Assembly (NCBI GenBank): GCA_002633005.1
Contig: NMRA01000136.1
Location: forward strand, 2,593-63,655
Source of the DNA: Phoronis australis
Taxonomy: Eukaryota > Animalia > Phoronida
DNA: 61,063 nucleotides
Direction of reading: 5' to 3'
Part shown: positions 38,584 to 52,030 of the stretch, piece after piece
Layout: every line of letters begins with the position of its first letter
Numbering within the stretch: the stretch's first letter is position 1
Notes under the pieces: generated by a model
What the model saw: only the letters and a program-made list of their open reading frames with translations
Told to the model about the DNA's origin: nothing
The model's database searches: none
Program-made: the position numbers and the translations under genes

Positions 38584-39155
38584 TCAGCATGAATTAGCTA
38601 CAACCAATACACGCCTGCAAAATTTAATTTGCACTTGTTCTAACCAGTTGTATTCTTGTAAGCCCCATATTTCGGCTCTATAGCATGAGCTGGGGTAAAT
38701 TATTTTATCAAATGTCTCAAAAGCCACACGTGGTTGAAATATGGTCCAGCTTCTTTGTAACTTGTCGACTGTAATGGCTATCCCCGTGGCTTGGACTGAC
38801 AAGGTCTGAGCAGCCATAGTCCACAATAACTTTGGCGTGAACACAACACCAAGATACTTGTAGCTTGCATGGAAATCACTTCGAGTTTTTCACCTTCAAA
38901 ATACCACATCTCGCAATTTCTCAAGGGACCTCCGTTTCTAAACACCATAACTGTGGTCTTCAATAAATTTACAGACACGCTCCATTCCTGGCAGAACTTA
39001 CTTAAAGCACCCAGTAGTTTTTGCAGTTTCACTGGAGATTAAGTACACAAAGACATATTATCAGCATATCACAAAACTTTCACATCGGAAAAATTTTGGC
39101 ATAGAAGAATACCATCGTCATTACTAGAATGGATACATTCTACAAAGTCATTAAG
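38584..39155 (-). mobile_element. Non-LTR retrotransposon RT fragment (RTEX-like)
   Basis: YADN...LQKLLGALSKFCQEWSVSVNLLKTTVMVFRNGG...YKYLGV...EIWG. Confidence 0.8.
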
Positions 39156-40401
39156 GTTTTAAATAATCACCATGAACTTCAACAATAAACTTTCAAAGAC
39201 AAGTGACTGTGTAGACTCGATCCGACACGTGCTCTGTAATGAAACCTTGGACAAATGTAGTATTGAAACGAATGCTCAAATTTTACATAATGTTAAATTC
39301 GATAGTTGTTGTTTTTTGTAAATTGCATAGAAAATTAATTGTTCCACAATAACAATTTACATGTTTGACACGTCTTCACGTGATGTGACCAACATATGAC
39401 CTGTGTGAAGACATATGAATACAGTGCCTTCAACAATTTGCTTCTTAATATAAATGCGCTTCCCAGGTAGTACATGTGCGTCTGTTGATGTTGATTTTGC
39501 TTATAAGACTCGTTTTAATAGGTTAAATAGAAAACTCGCGCATACAGTTGTACAAACTTAATTTACTATTTGGACAGATTTATGGCAACACGTTACATAT
39601 AACTTTTGGCTATGGATATTCTCATGCTACGACCGGTTATGGTTTGCGTTAATCACGGGCGGGCAGAGCCTGATAGTAGAAAGCAATACGAGTTCCTGAA
39701 TCGAAAGTTGACTGACAGGAAAAAAAAACACCGACCTATCTGTTTGAGAGACCACGATACCTAAGGCAAATCTCTGTTCACGAATCAAGACTGACGGACG
39801 ATCTGCATCTAACTTCGTCGTAGCCCCCATGCGGTTTAGTTTTTGAAAGTTTCCATTCATATGCAATGCCCTCGAAGAGCCCTCTCGTTTCTTCACTGCA
39901 AGATGACATGTGGCACGATTTTCCATTGAGAACACTCTTTTGGTATTCAGTATCTCTAAAAGGCGAGTTTATTGATCTGGGTTGTGTAATGAAGTGGTAA
40001 CCTGGTTGTTGCACTTCGATTACTGGGTGTGCTCGTAGTTCATTCCAAAGCGCAATAACCCCTCCTGAGAAGTAATAGCATGACCCTTGAATGTTTCCCT
40101 TTGAGTCGGTCGGCCTGCTGTTTCAGATTGCGGTCATTTCCTTGAAAGCGCCCACCGTGAGGAGATGATGTCTTACCCGATACACGAAGGACGATAATGG
40201 TGCGTAACTTCTGTCATTAATTACATTTTTTCTGGCTGATTGCTGTTACAGTTCTCCATCTGTGGCAACTGTTTGGTGTACAGGTAGTTGTAATACGTAA
40301 ATGTTTTAAGTGTCGGCTGTATTTTACAGTAGTTGTACTTTGGGTTATACTCATACATTAGTGTTCGGGTCGTGATGACGCACATTTATTCAAATGGATA
40401 T

Positions 40402-40530
40402 TCACTGAGAAGACTATGGCTTTAAGAGAAGAACTGCTGTCCGTGTAAATACTCTGAATATTTATTTGAATTTATGTATTTCTGTATGAGTAAGCAAAGC
40501 CTACGATATACAATAAGTGATATTATTAGA

Positions 40531-40577
<47 letters not shown>

Positions 40578-40611
40578 CATCATCACCATCATCATCATTA
40601 TTGTTATTATA
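40402..40611 (+). mobile_element. Short retrotransposon 3' end with (ATT)n/(ATC)n tail
   Basis: TSD AAATGGATAT at 40392-40401 and 40612-40621; microsatellite tail 40531-40610. Confidence 0.8.
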
Positions 40612-41109
40612 AAATGGATATATCTATCCATCTATCAAATGTATTATCATTAGCTTGCACTAGACGTTTGATACTTGACTTTCTGAATTTAACGCTCTTT
40701 CTAACCCCGACTAACAATTGTACTAACATACTAACTAGGACCCGTTTTAAGGATTCCGGATCCTATCTGTCCCGTGTTTTTGTGTCCCGGTGTTTGCGTA
40801 ATAGTCCAGACGCTAAGCGGACGAGTGTGCAAGTTTTAGCAACACTTGCCATTTAGGCCCACATGACACTTTTCAGGTGCTTTTCGATCCTGATTTAGGG
40901 CATAAGTTCTACAAATAATAAAGTAACGTGTTATTTTTATGCATTCTCCTTAGTTGCATTGGATTCTGGTCGTTGTCAGATAAAGCAATGCTTCCTGGAA
41001 TTTTGGAATGCAAGCTCACTTCTTGAAAATGCGGCTTTAGTTTTCGAGATTTCGGCTAGGTCGCAAACGGCGAACTTGGGTATGTTAATTTTCTTGGCTC
41101 ATCGAGCAC

Positions 41110-41425
41110 TGACCAATGACACATGCATGTAGAACTCGGTGTGAAAGTAGCCATTGTCCCCTTGGAGAAATTGCCCGGCTTGCGTGTATTTGAATGAAGC
41201 ATCTGGCTAATCCACTGATTAACGTGCCAGTACACCGGCATTCAAATGCATGCAACAAGGACATTCTCTGCAGAGGGACAATCACAGCTACCACACCAGA
41301 ACACATAGAACTCTGTCCGATGCATTTAAAACTGGTCATACCGAACCCGGGACACGTACATGTGTACATATGTAGAATCCCGATATGCATAAAACGGGAA
41401 CACATCAGGATGACCCCCAACGTAT
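41110..41425 (-). pseudogene. Possible very degenerate Harbinger (HARBI1-like) transposase fragment
   Basis: YVGGHPDV...DSTYVHM...HRTEFY...FLQGDNGY loosely tracks GFPNV...DGTHV...NRKGFY...LLGDSGY. Confidence 0.35.
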
Positions 41426-43816
41426 GGATCAGAACAATGGTTCTCGTGATCGATAACTGCCTTTGTAGATTTTTCAATTAATCTCTAAGTATCAACTTGA
41501 AAACAATAGTTGATTTGCCGATTGCTGTATTTTATTTGAGCGACTTTGTAATTTGTTATAGCTGGGCTTTGTTTATCATTAAAAGGATACCAAACTCGGT
41601 TTTGGCCTACTTACACATACTAAAAACGACTTTCCCCATCCAGTTCTCTGAAACAAAATAACGCTTTGTAACTTATCGGCAACCCTCAATAGTCTGGAGG
41701 AAATTTTGAAAACTTCTAACAAATTCTACTAAACGGGCAAGCGTGACCTACGCTTTTAGCAAGTTACACAACACCTTTGGAAAAGGTCACTCGTCAAGGA
41801 CCACAACCTGCAATTTATGAGATAGAAAGTATGAGTTTTTTCAGTTGGTTCCTGCTTTTATTTTGGAAGATTGACACTAAAGATGCAAAACAGGTGACAG
41901 AAAGTGAATTGGTTGACATAATCATAATAAGGTTTATCATCCTTACGGGACTATACAGGACCACGACGTCCCGACGGGTTACTGTAACAGTGCATCAAAA
42001 AGTTCCTGCAGTGCCACTAATACGACTGACAACAGAGTTGAAAAGTGTATTACCGTTCAACTTTCATGAGAAAAAAGCATTTAAAATGTTTTACACTTCA
42101 GTTACAACTTCAACCAAATTTCTTTCAATGTATACTTCACAGTGTGAAATACACTCACCTCGGCTCATGTATGTTAAATTCGTCCTGGAAGGTTGACTGG
42201 ACTTTATTGCCAAGTATGCGATTTTAGCTAACTTTTTTACAAAATTAATGATTTTAACTCTTTAAATGCTTATATTATCGGAAACTAGAAACCCAAGTAG
42301 AATTTGAAATTTCGGTTTTTACTTGTGTGATATTCATAATGATTGCCTCACAAGAATATTTCCCTTAAGTAAAATTTAGCGAAAAAGAAAAGAAAAGCAC
42401 AGTAATAGCAAAACAACGGTATCGATAACAAGTTCGAATTTCATTTGATGAGAATGTTCCAAGACGTGATCTCAAAAAACTATTAATGTTTTAAAATATC
42501 ATGATTTTATTTTGAAATCGTTTTGTAAACGGTGTTTAAGTCCTTGGATTTGGAAGTTTTACATAAATCTGGACAGCTATTACTGAGATATAAAACTTCA
42601 AATTTGGGGAAATGTGAACTATTTTGAAGCTTCAAAGTTAGAAAAATGTTGACGTTTTTTCTATAGTCATACAGGACCTCGCCACAACTGGCAGTGCACC
42701 CGGCCAAGATATAGCTGAACCACCAACACAAAATTACACCAGAGTCGGAAAGGTAAAGTATCCCAGGAGCCTCTTACGTGAGGGCGTGCACCATGAGATG
42801 GTGTCTTACCCGATACATGAAGGGCGATAGAGGTGTGTAACTTTCGTTATTGATAACATTTTTGTCTGGCTAACACAGTTACAGTTACCCACCTGTGGCA
42901 AATGTATGGTGTCCAGATAATTGGGTTGTACTCAAGTATTAGTGCTTGGGTTGCGATGACGCACATGTACTTCGAATAGATAAAGCTCTACATCCATCGT
43001 ACCTATTACCATTTGCTTGCACTAAGCGTTAGTTACTTGTCTTGCTGGTACATTCGCGTTGACGCTAACACTCTTTTTAATCCCTACTAACAATTGCACT
43101 AGCATACTAACACCAATCCTAACATATCAAGAAATGCAGCATGAATAAATCCAAACGACGTTCAAGGTCACAAAATGCATGCTGAGTGGTGTTATTTAAA
43201 TTCCTCTCCAAATGCCAAAATCAAATGGAGTTGAACAGTGGTTCCCGTGATCGATTACTACCGTGGCAAGGACAAGGATCTTTGGATTAGTTTCCGAATG
43301 GCAAATTGAAAACAATAGTTGATTTATCGATTGTTTGTAAATTTTATTAATGAACGTTTTCGTTTATTTACTTACCATGCCTACGCCACAACGATACGAT
43401 CAGACTCACGGATAACCAAGACGGAAGAAGAAGCATGAAAGACTGAAAATTAACAACAGAAGACTAAAATTAAGTCACAGTGCATTAGTATAAATAAGAT
43501 GGAGCTCGATACTCCGAAGGTTCGCAAGCCTGAAGGCAAGTTATGTAACATTGAATGATTTTTTCAAAATACCCTATCAGGCAAATAAAAACGTTTCTAA
43601 AAATAGCCCTATCAAACTGATAGTAAAACAACTAATATTCTTTCAGACTTGTGTTGATCTTCGGATTTATTTATTTGTCGACTTGTAAACTTTCGGAGCC
43701 ATGAACTCTGTTCTTTCATACCTTCCACCCACAATTGTTCTCACTTGTAGTTTTCAATTCAGATCATATGGGTTCATTGTTTCGAGGGGATTAACTTCTT
43801 TCGAACCTGATTGTAG

Positions 43817-45358
43817 TTTTTATGCGCAAACGTATTTATATGTGGACTCATTATGCCGTCATCTCCGTCCATCCGTTCGGAGTCCGGAGTCCGGAGTCCG
43901 GCGTCCGCTCCAAAACGCTTGGACGTATGTTCAGGAAGTTTTGCACATGTGTTTCTTCCGTGGATGGGACGGCATGAGCGAACTCTCATTCGGATCCGAC
44001 TATTGGTGTGACCCCTCGTGGCTATTTTAGTTTTTTACGTTTACCTCTCTACCTTCAAAAGTCCTGAACAGATTTTCATAAAAATTAGTACATAGGCACC
44101 TATCATTGAGATGAGGCTAACCTTCCGTTTTCAGATAGATTCGACGTAGTTTGCGCCACCTAGTGGCCATTTTTGGTGTTTTCGAGTTTGCATTTTGCGT
44201 CCACCCAGTAAGTGTATTTATGTGATGTTGACGACTGAAGACAACGACTTTCGGACAGATCTGACTACTGGTGTGCCACCTACTGGCAATTTTATTTTTT
44301 TTACGTTTATACCTGTGTGTTCAAACGTCCTCAACGTATTTTCATAAAATTTGGCATACACACATCTGTTAATTAAGTGACGCTATCTCACCGTTTTCAG
44401 ATGAATTCGACCTAGTTTGCGCCTTGTAGTGGTCATTTTTTCTGTTTTCGAATCTGTTTTTGGCGTCCAGTCATCTATCAACGAAACGGCTTTCAGGAGA
44501 ATTGTGAAAATTGACATGTATGTTTCTACTATAAAGCGGACGGCTGACGATGATTTTCCGACGACTTTGACTACTGTGGCGCCTCCTAGTGGCACTTTTG
44601 TTTTTTGCGCTCATGACTGTATCTCCTAAACCGTTTGCAGGATCTTTACTTAATTTAGCTAGTGTATTTATATGATGTTGACAACGGACGACGACGACTT
44701 TCGGACGGATTTGACAACTGGTGTGCCCCCTAGTGGCAATTTTAGTTTTTTACGTTTACCAGTCTACCTTCAAAGGTCCTCAACAGATTTTCATAAAGTT
44801 GTGAATATAGGCATCTATGTTTTTGGATGGAATTGAGGTATTTTGCGCGACCTAGTGACCATTTTTGCTGTTTTCAAATCTTGTTTTTGGCGTCCACCCC
44901 TCTATCAACGAAATCATTCTAGGGATAGTTTTGAAAATTAGCGTATATATTTTCAGTGCGAAGAGGACGTTTGATGATGACAAATGACTAGTGTGGCGCC
45001 TCCTAGTGGTAGTTATGTTTTGTTTTGCGCCCATAGCTATATCTCCTAAACCCACTTCAGGATCTTTATTACATTTAGTGAGTGTATTTATATGAAGATA
45101 ACAACAGCGATTACTTTCAGGCGAAATCCAACGAAAGCTGTGCCCAAAAGTGGCAATTTCATGTTATTCTGTTTTCCTTTGTTTCTCTGAAGTTCCTTGA
45201 CAGATTTTTATGAAATATGGCATGCTCCCGTTTTTTGGATGGATTGTACGTTTTGTGCCATCTAGTGGTCATTTTTATGATACAAATAAATAACCCTGAA
45301 AGCACAACATTTGCGATGCATTCGTGGGGGCATTTCAACGCTCCGCGTTGCTCTTGTT
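43817..45358 (+). mobile_element. Helentron-associated (HINE/DINE-1-like) element with an internal tandem array
   Basis: Starts TTTTTATGCG in a T-run and has a GTCC-type microsatellite near the 5' end. Carries ~140-bp internal repeats. The 3' end has subTIR CGTGGGGGCAT, hairpin AACGC-TCC-GCGTT and GCTCTTGTT. Confidence 0.75.
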
Positions 45359-46982
45359 TAGGGATTTGTTCTTTCGTCAAATTACTGGCTGACCAGTATA
45401 CCATTAACATGGGAGATTTTACAAAAATCTGAACTGCTATTTCTAAGATATCAACCTTTAAAATTAGAGAAATGTGGACACTTTCTAGGGCCACGCATCA
45501 TCCGAAGTAGCAGGACGCTGTCCTTGCCACCACTGGCAGAGAACAAAAATGTCACTGAACCGTCACCAAGTAATGACACCAGAATAAGAAAAGTAAAAAA
45601 TCCAGGAAATTGCCTCTTCCTTGAGGGCGTACGTCATGAGATGCTGTCTTACCCGATACACAAGGTACGACTGAGGTGCGTTACTTTCGTTATTGATAAC
45701 ATTTTGGACTGGCTGACGCCTGCAGTTACTTTTCTCCACCTGTTACAACACTGTGCTGTCCAGGTCGTTGAAATACATTTCTAGTGTTAGCTGTATTTTA
45801 GTTGTACTTACTCTGGGTTCTCCTCATATATCAATGCTTTGGCCGTGATGACGCTCGTTTATTCCAATAGAAAGACTGTAGATCTGTCCATCTATCAATT
45901 GTAGTTTCATTCGCTTGGACTAGACGTTTGTTGCTTTTCTTGCTTGTGCATTAACGTTGATGCAAACACACATTATAATCCCGCCAACAATTCCAATTAA
46001 ATACTAATACCAGTCCTAACAAAGCTAAAAACATCACCAATTAATCCAAGTGATGTTCGAAGTCACAAAATGTATGCTGAATGTCATTATTTGAATTCCT
46101 CTGCAGATGCCACAACGGGATGGAGCAAGGCTGTGGTTCCCGGTATCAATTTCTGTCGGAGTAAAAGGACAAGGATTTTCAATTGATCTGTGTATGAGAA
46201 ATTGAAAACAGTTGGTTTGGCGATTGTTTGTAATTTTTTTCAATACACGTTTTGTGTGTTTACACGCAGTACCCATACCCCAGCAATACGCTGCGATCTT
46301 CGAATTACCAAAGCGGACGAAGCAGTTCTTCAGACGAAATTATGAAGGTAAACTATTGTTGCTTAGGTTTCATACTGCATTAAATAGGGTGAAGCTAAAT
46401 ACCGTTAAGGTTTTCAAATCTGTGCCCATTATATAACAAACGAAAATGTTTACAAAAACCCCTATCGGGCCGCAGGTTCACAAACTCGACAAAAAGCTTA
46501 TTAGTTCGAAAACAGTTCGACAATTAAAGAGACCAGATGCCAGTGATTCAAACTTCAACGACAGAGGAGCAACAAATTTTAGTGTCTGTATTCCAAAAGT
46601 TGAAAATGTTAATAAAAGCGGCATGTCAGTGCACTTTGTCAAACTTCGTTTGGATGCTTTACCAAGGCACTGGCTTTTGGAAGAATTTGTTCCAGGGAGG
46701 CACGTGCTTAAAAATCTCCAAACATTTCGTTCGAAATCACTGTTCAGAACCTTGTAACATGAAATTTCGATTTTTTAGCTTTCGAACTAATGGTCTCTCG
46801 GACTTGTGAGGATATTTGAATTGATGGATTTGTTTACTTGCAAAGCTTTGGAGTCATGAATACCGCGATTTCATAATTTTGGCCCACACTTTTTTCACTT
46901 GAAATTTTCAATTCAGATCATATCATTTCATTTTTCTAGGAGGTTGACTTTCTTTTAACATTATTGTACAGTCTGTAGCACA

Positions 46983-47017
46983 CCCTTGACAACGAGCTCA
47001 TCGCTCGAAACGTGGGG
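46983..47017 (+). ncRNA. Minimal hammerhead-ribozyme-like motif (U3-A8 variant, probably inactive)
   Basis: CCC-TTGACAA-CGAGC(TCATC)GCTCG-AAACGT-GGGG. The nucleotide at the expected cleavage site is G. Confidence 0.45.
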
Positions 47018-47026
47018 ATATTTTAA

Positions 47027-48291
47027 AGGCGAAGGCAACCTTTTTCCATGTCATTTTGAGCTAAGATAAGGTTGGTTGGTTATCCTAGACATATTTTCCA
47101 CTTAATTACAGCTTTTAGTAATTTTATAAATTACTCGTCCGCTACTCCGGAAGTGACGTTTTAGGAGGCAAGCGTTTCCCGCCACTTGGTTTTGCGTTGA
47201 CTTTACCGTGCGAATCTGTTCTATTCTACTTTTGTTTTGTGCTGTTTTTCAACAATTGTCGCCACCANNNNNNNNNNNNNNNNNNNNNNNNNNNNNNNNN
47301 NNNNNNNNNNNNNNNNNNNNNNNNNNNNNNNNNNNNNNNNNNNNNNNNNNNNNNNNNNNNNNNNNNNNNNNNNNNNNNNNNNNNNNNNNNNNNNNNNNNN
47401 NNNNNNNNNNNNNNNNNNNNNNNNNNNNNNNNNNNNNNNNNNNNNNNNNNNNNNNNNNNNNNNNNNNNNNNNNNNNNNNNNNNNNNNNNNNNNNNNNNNN
47501 NNNNNNNNNNNNNNNNNNNNNNNNNNNNNNNNNNNNNNNNNNNNNNNNNNNNNNNNNNNNNNNNNNNNNNNNNNNNNNNNNNNNNNNNNNNNNNNNNNNN
47601 NNNNNNNNNNNNNNNNNNNNNNNNNNNNNNNNNNNNNNNNNNNNNNNNNNNNNNNNNNNNNNNNNNNNNNNNNNNNNNNNNNNNNNNNNNNNNNNNNNNN
47701 NNNNNNNNNNNNNNNNNNNNNNNNNNNNNNNNNNNNNNNNNNNNNNNNNNNNNNNNNNNNNNNNNNNNNNNNNNNNNNNNNNNNNNNNNNNNNNNNNNNN
47801 NNNNNNNNNNNNNNNNNNNNNNNNNNNNNNNNNNNNNNNNNNNNNNNNNNNNNNNNNNNNNNNNNNNNNNNNNNNNNNNNNNNNNNNNNNNNNNNNNNNN
47901 NNNNNNNNNNNNNNNNNNNNNNNNNNNNNNNNNNNNNNNNNNNNNNNNNNNNNNNNNNNNNNNNNNNNNNNNNNNNNNNNNNNNNNNNNNNNNNNNNNNN
48001 NCTGGTACGCAGCAACAGTGTGGCATGTTGACTGACTAGTAAATGAAAGCAAACGACGACGGAACTTAACACAACCGAGGTAGAACAATGACTGACTCGG
48101 CAGCTCTCACAGTCAGACTATATGAAAAGAAATTGGCGCGAAATGCTTGCCTCCTAAAACGTCACTTCCGGAGTAGCGGACGAGTAATTAATAAAATTAC
48201 GAAAAGTTGTAATTAAGTGGAAAATATGTCTAGGATAACCAACCAACCGTATTTTAGCTCAAAATGACATGGAAAAAGGTTGACTTCGCCT
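47027..48291 (-). mobile_element. Kolobok non-autonomous element, same family as 29764-31032
   Basis: TTAA/TTAG flanks; ~160-bp TIRs AGGCGAAG(G/T)CAACCTTTTT...; THAP start MPHCCCVP on the minus strand runs into the gap. Confidence 0.85.
47268..48001. other. Assembly gap
   Basis: Run of N. Confidence 1.
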
Positions 48292-51200
48292 TTAGTATAT
48301 TTTAGTACCGACGCTCGTCGTTTCAGTTTTACTATTCTATATTCTTTCCCGTCGGTAACTGCACGACATTTCAACATCTATTTGATAACATTATTCTATG
48401 CCTTTTAGATACTTTGCCTTTCGACAAACTATTTGAAATTAGCTGACTAGTACATCATCTACATGCGAGATCTGACATTGGGAACAGTGACAGTATACCA
48501 AAATTTCTGTAGTACCACTGACAAGAATAGCACCAGAGGCAAAGGTATGTTTTCGTCTATTTACCCATACCCATACCCCATAGATAACCTGCGACTTTCG
48601 TTGAACCAAAACGAAAGAAGAAAGATTTAAGACGAAAATTATGAACTACAAGGTAAAGTATCGTTGCTTGGGTTTCATACTGCAGTGTACAGCTCAATAC
48701 CTTGAAGGTTTTCAAATCACTGGCCATAATACAACAAATGAAAATTCATTGAAAAAAGCTCTTTCTGCCTGAATGTTCACAAATTCGACAATAAAGCTTA
48801 TTAGTGCGAAAATAATTCAACGATCTGAGAGACGAGAAGTCAGTGATTGAAAGTTAATTACAAAGGAGCGGCAACATTTTAGAGGCGGAAAACCAAAAGT
48901 TGAAAATTAAAACAAAAGCGACAATTCAGTGCACATTGCCAAACGTTATTTGGATACTTTACCAAGGCACTGGCTGTTCGAAGAATTCGTTTTAAGAAGC
49001 CACGTGCTTACAACTCTCCAAACATTTTGCTCGATATCACTGCTCAAAATGCCTCGTGACATGAAAATTTATGGATTTATTTACTTGCTTGTCTTTGAAA
49101 ACAAGGAATACCGGCAGTTCATAACTTTACCCACACTTTTTCTCACGTGTAGTTTTCAGTTCGGATCACGTGATTTCATTGTATCCAAGGGGTTGACTTC
49201 CTTTTATCATTATTTTAGGTCTTTTAGGTACTTGGTCTTTCGACGAACTATTTGACTTTGGCTGACCAGTATACCATTAACATGCGAGATCTGACATTGC
49301 GAGCAATGACAATATACCAAAAGTTCTGCGGGACCGCTGACACGAACCGCACAAGAGTCAACTGAAGGCTCCGTTAACCTGTAAACATCATAGAAGCTTC
49401 TAGGTTTTACTACACGTTTGTGCTCCTGTGTGTCATCAAAACATGACCGACATTTTTTCGATATGGAAAAGGGAAGTGTAAAATCTACCAGCCAGTCATT
49501 CAGGCATATGTCTTTATTAATGCACAATGACTCACATCTAGTTTCAATGCATGTTCTCTTAAAAACCATTAAAAGGTAGAAAAAACCGAAGACCCATTGT
49601 TAATTAAACAACCGTGTCAAAACATGATCGAAAATTATTTGATGAAAAGTTTCGAGAAGTGATCTCAGAAAATGTTGATGTTCTAAATTGTGATTATTGC
49701 ACTTTTCGTTTTGTGAAAGACGTTTAAATCATAGTATGTGAATGTTTCACATAAATCTGAACTGCTATTTCTGAGATAGCAACCTTTGAATCACGAGAAA
49801 TGTAGACGCTTTTTCTAGGGTCATACAGGATCTGAACTAGAAGGATCTTGACCTCGCCACCACTGGCAACCGACTAAAGATGTCGCTGAACCACCAACTC
49901 AAAACGACACCAGAGTCGTAAAAATCAAAAATCCCGGAAATTGCCTCTTCCATCAGGACGTGTGCCATAAGATGCTATCTTATCCAAAATACAAAAGACG
50001 ATAAAGGTGTGTAAATTTCGTAATTATAACGTTTTGGACTTGCCGATATGTGCATTTACAGTTCTCCACCTGTGAAAACTGTGTGGTTTCCAGGTCGCTG
50101 TAAAATATTTTAAGTGTTGGCTGGTTTTTAATTACACGATGGGTTCTTCTAAGGTATAAAAACGTAGGCCGTGATGACACACTTTTAATCCCATGGACAG
50201 ATCTGCCCATTTATCAATGGTATTACCATGCGCTTGGACTAGAGGTTTGCTACTTTTCTTGCCTGTGGATTTGCGTTAACGCTAACGCACTTTCCAATCC
50301 CGCCCAACAAAGCACTAACATACAAACACAAGCCCTATCATACGAAGACATACACCACAAAAAATGGCGTTCAAGGTCGCAAAAGCCGTGCTGAGTGGAA
50401 TATTTGAATCCCTGTGCTGATGTAGAAGTAAGATGAAGCTGAGCAGTGCTTCCGTGGTCGATTCCTGTTTACAACCCAGATATAATGCTTTGCGGTTTCT
50501 GGGTTATTATTTCTTTGTATGTTCTGTGTATCCTTCAATAAATATATATCACAGTGATTCCTGCCGGTGTAGGGAGAAACATTTTTCAATTGATCTGCGT
50601 ACGGCAAATTGAAAGCAATTGATAGGTCGATTGTTTGTAAATTTTATCAATACGCGCTTTTTCCTATTTACACGCCATACCCATACCCAAATATAACCTT
50701 CGTTTAACCAAAACGAAAGAAGAAAGATTTAAGACGAAAATTATAAGCTAAAGTATCGTTAATTGGGTTTCATACTGCAGTGTGAACAGCTCAATACCTT
50801 GAACGTTTTCAAATCCCTACCCATAATACAGCAAATGAAAACATTTTTAAAAGGGTGCTATTAAGCCGAAGGTTCACAATTTCGAGAAAAAGCTTATTAG
50901 TTTTAAAACAGTTTGACAAGGACAAGGTCTTTGCAATAGATGTGCGTGTGGTTAATTGAAAACAGTCGATTTTTTATTATTATTATTTGTAAACTTTATC
51001 AATGCATGTTTTGTCTATTTACACGCCCCACCCAAGCCCCAACAGTACCCCCATGACCATCGGATAACCAATGAAAACGAATTCCGAAAGATTTAAGGTG
51101 CAACTTATGAAGGTAAACTATCATTGCTTGCGTTTTGTAGTGCATTTACTATAAATAGTGTACAGCTTAATATGTTGAAGGTCGTCAAATCCGTACTCGT

Positions 51201-52030
51201 AATACGGTAAACGGAAACGTTTTTAAAAAAGGCCATATCAAATTGCTAGTTGAACAACGGTTTCAGTATCTTAATCGAAGTTTATTTGGTGAAAAGTTTC
51301 GAGATGTGATCTCGAAGACACCGTTGATGTCATAAAATATGATCATTTCATTTTTGTTTCGTGAACGGAGTTTAAATCACAGCATTTGAAAGTTTTACCT
51401 AAATCTGAACTGCTATTTCTGGACGTTTTTCTAGGGTCATACAGGATCTTAACTAGCAGGACCCTGGCCTGGCCCTCACTGTCAACGAACCAAAGATAAC
51501 ATTGAAACATCACCTTAAAATGACACCAGAGTCGAAAAGGTAAGAAATCTCAGAAATTGACTCTTTTTTGAGGGCCTGCACCATCAGATGGTATCAAAGT
51601 TCCGTTCACTTGTAAATATAATAGAATATTCTGGTTTTTACTAAACGTTTGTACTCCTGTGAGTCATCAAAATATGACCGACACTTCTTTGATTTGGAAA
51701 AGCGAAATGAAAAATTTAGTCGCCAGTCATTCAGACATCTGACTTTATTGATGTACACTGTTTCACACCTGATTTCAGGGCACAGTTTCTCAAAAATCAT
51801 AGAATTTAGCACAAAAACAAGCGCACATTGATAGTAAGGCACCGGCATTAACAACAAGACCGAATTTCATTTGAAGAAAATGATACAGATTTGAAATACG
51901 GTTAGTGCTCTAAAATATGAGCATTTCATTTTCATTTTGTAAAAGGTATTTATATCATAGAATTGAAATTTTACATAAATTTGAACAGCTATTTCTGGTA
52001 CGAAGCTTTAAAGTTAAAGAAATTTAGACG

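Larger units (their letters stand above)
46969..48385 (+). mobile_element. Short Penelope-type tail (~150 bp) interrupted by a Kolobok MITE
   Basis: 13-bp TSD TAACATTATT(G/C)TA at 46956-46968 and 48386-48398; contains a hammerhead-like motif. Confidence 0.6.

Noticed and set aside
40422-40631. Poly-Ile/Met ORF (and the poly-Glu end of the 21392-21688 ORF)
   Set aside because: Translations of microsatellite tails of retrotransposons.
41194-41481. Plus-strand ORF ending VIDNCLCR, resembling a TGF-beta C-terminus
   Set aside because: The other cystine-knot cysteines are absent, and its end is antisense vWA-array sequence.
43817-45358. CRISPR-like repeat-spacer pattern of CCTAGTGG motifs
   Set aside because: The intervening sequences are homologous to each other, so this is a tandem repeat inside a Helentron-like element.
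47197-48088. Long ORFs in the track (also 28563-28901)
   Set aside because: Artefacts of translating N gaps.
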